Source: Chiloscyllium plagiosum (lineage: Eukaryota). Taken from it: a stretch of 64,000 bases of DNA. The position numbers were made by a program, and so were the translations under genes. The notes under the pieces were generated by a model that did not search any database, was not told the DNA's origin, and saw only the letters and a list, made by a program, of their open reading frames with translations. Positions 62,603 to 64,000 of the stretch are shown here, one piece after another (the first letter of the stretch is position 1; each line of letters begins with the position of its first letter). Location of the stretch: contig NC_057719.1 in the NCBI RefSeq assembly GCF_004010195.1, positions 8,692,066-8,756,065 of the forward strand, given 5' to 3'.

Positions 62603-64000
62603 TTCACTATGGATATCCAATCCCTCTACACCTCCATCCGCCATGACCAGGGACTCCAAGCCCTCCGTTTTTTCCTCTCCCGATGTCCCCAACAGTACCC
62701 TTCCACCGACACTCTCATTCGTTAGGCCGTACTGGTCCTCACCCGTAACAATTTCTCCTTCGAATCCTCCCACTTACTCCAGACCGTATGGGCCCCGGCT
62801 ATGCCTGACTCTTTGTTGGCCACGTAGAACAGTCCATCTTCCGTAATTACACCGGCACCACTCCCCACCTCTTCCTTCGCTACATTGATGACTGCATTGG
62901 CGCAACCTCGTGCTCCCGCGAGGAGGTTGAGCAATTCATCAACTTCACCAATACATTCCACCCTGACCTTAAATTTACCTGGACCATCTCTGACACCTCC
63001 CTCCCCTTCCTGGACCTCTCCATCTCCATTAATGACGACCGACTTGACACTGACATTTTTTACAAACCCACCGACTCCCACAGCTACCTGGATTACACCT
63101 CTACCCACCCTACCTCTTGCAAAAATGCCATCCCGTATTTCCAATTCCTCCGCCGTATCTGATCCCAGGAGGACCAGTTCCTCCACAGAACACACCAGAT
63201 GGCCTCCTTCTTTAGAGACCGTAATTTCCCTTCCCACGTGGTTAAAGATGCCCTCCAACGCATCTCGTCCACATCCCGCACCTCCCTCCAACCGTAACAA
63301 GGACAGAACACCCCTGGTGCTCACCTTCCACCCTACCAACCTTCGCATAAACCAAATCATCCGCCGACATTTCCGCCACCTTCAAAAAGACCCCACCACC
63401 AGGGATATATTTCCCTCCCCACCCCTCNNNNNNNNNNNNNNNNNNNNNNNNNNNNNNNNNNNNNNNNNNNNNNNNNNNNNNNNNNNNNNNNNNNNNNNNN
63501 NNNNNNNNNNNNNNNNNNNNNNNNNNNNNNNNNNNNNNNNNNNNNNNNNNNNNNNNNNNNNNNNNNNNNNNNNNNNNNNNNNNNNNNNNNNNNNNNNNNN
63601 NNNNNNNNNNNNNNNNNNNNNNNNNNNNNNNNNNNNNNNNNNNNNNNNNNNNNNNNNNNNNNNNNNNNNNNNNNNNNNNNNNNNNNNNNNNNNNNNNNNN
63701 NNNNNNNNNNNNNNNNNNNNNNNNNNNNNNNNNNNNNNNNNNNNNNNNNNNNNNNNNNNNNNNNNNNNNNNNNNNNNNNNNNNNNNNNNNNNNNNNNNNN
63801 NNNNNNNNNNNNNNNNNNNNNNNNNNNNNNNNNNNNNNNNNNNNNNNCAAACTTCCAGCTCAGCATTGTCCCCATGACTTGTCCTACCTGCCTACCTTCT
63901 TTTCCACCTATCCACTCCACCGTCCTCCTGCCCTCCTCCTGCTACCATCTTCATCCCCTCCCTCACTCACCTATTGTATTCTATGCTACTTTCTCCCCAT
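62603..64000 (+). mobile_element. Penelope-like retroelement RT pseudo-ORF (5'-truncated, frameshifted; gap 63428-63847; runs off the window)
   Basis: FTMDIQSLYTSI...; FLRYIDDCIG (YIDD at 62881-62892); HPDLKFTWTISDTSLPFLDLSI...FYKPTDSHSYLDYTS.HP.SCKNAIP; RTPLVLTFHP. The post-gap sequence matches the family A UTR. Confidence 0.92.

Overview
Eukaryotic, repeat-dense genomic DNA with five assembly N-gaps, almost certainly from a shark or ray: it carries many HE1-type tRNA-derived V-SINEs and their partner CR1/HER1-like LINEs. The only convincing host coding sequence is one 172-nt minus-strand exon (37772-37943) encoding part of the LNS6 domain of a neurexin, the exon just before alternative splice site 4 (SS4). 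The rest of the window is therefore most likely neurexin intron. The exon is NRXN3-like but diverges at residues shared by NRXN1-3. I found no canonical 90-nt SS4 exon, but there is a well-formed 12-nt microexon candidate at 8990-9001. The introns hold decayed CR1, Rex/Babar-like, RTEX-like and Penelope-like retroelements, several SINE families, a solo LTR and a Tigger-like relic. The most notable non-genic signal is a set of short (about 110-210 bp), often TSD-flanked Penelope-derived insertions from 4-5 families. Most carry a minimal hammerhead-ribozyme motif (CUGANGA-stem-GAAA); only the copy at 54192-54219 is fully intact and the others mostly show CpG decay. Nearly all ORF-track entries are repeat fragments or noise. 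Family names and protein comparisons are from memory, not database searches, and repeat boundaries are approximate.
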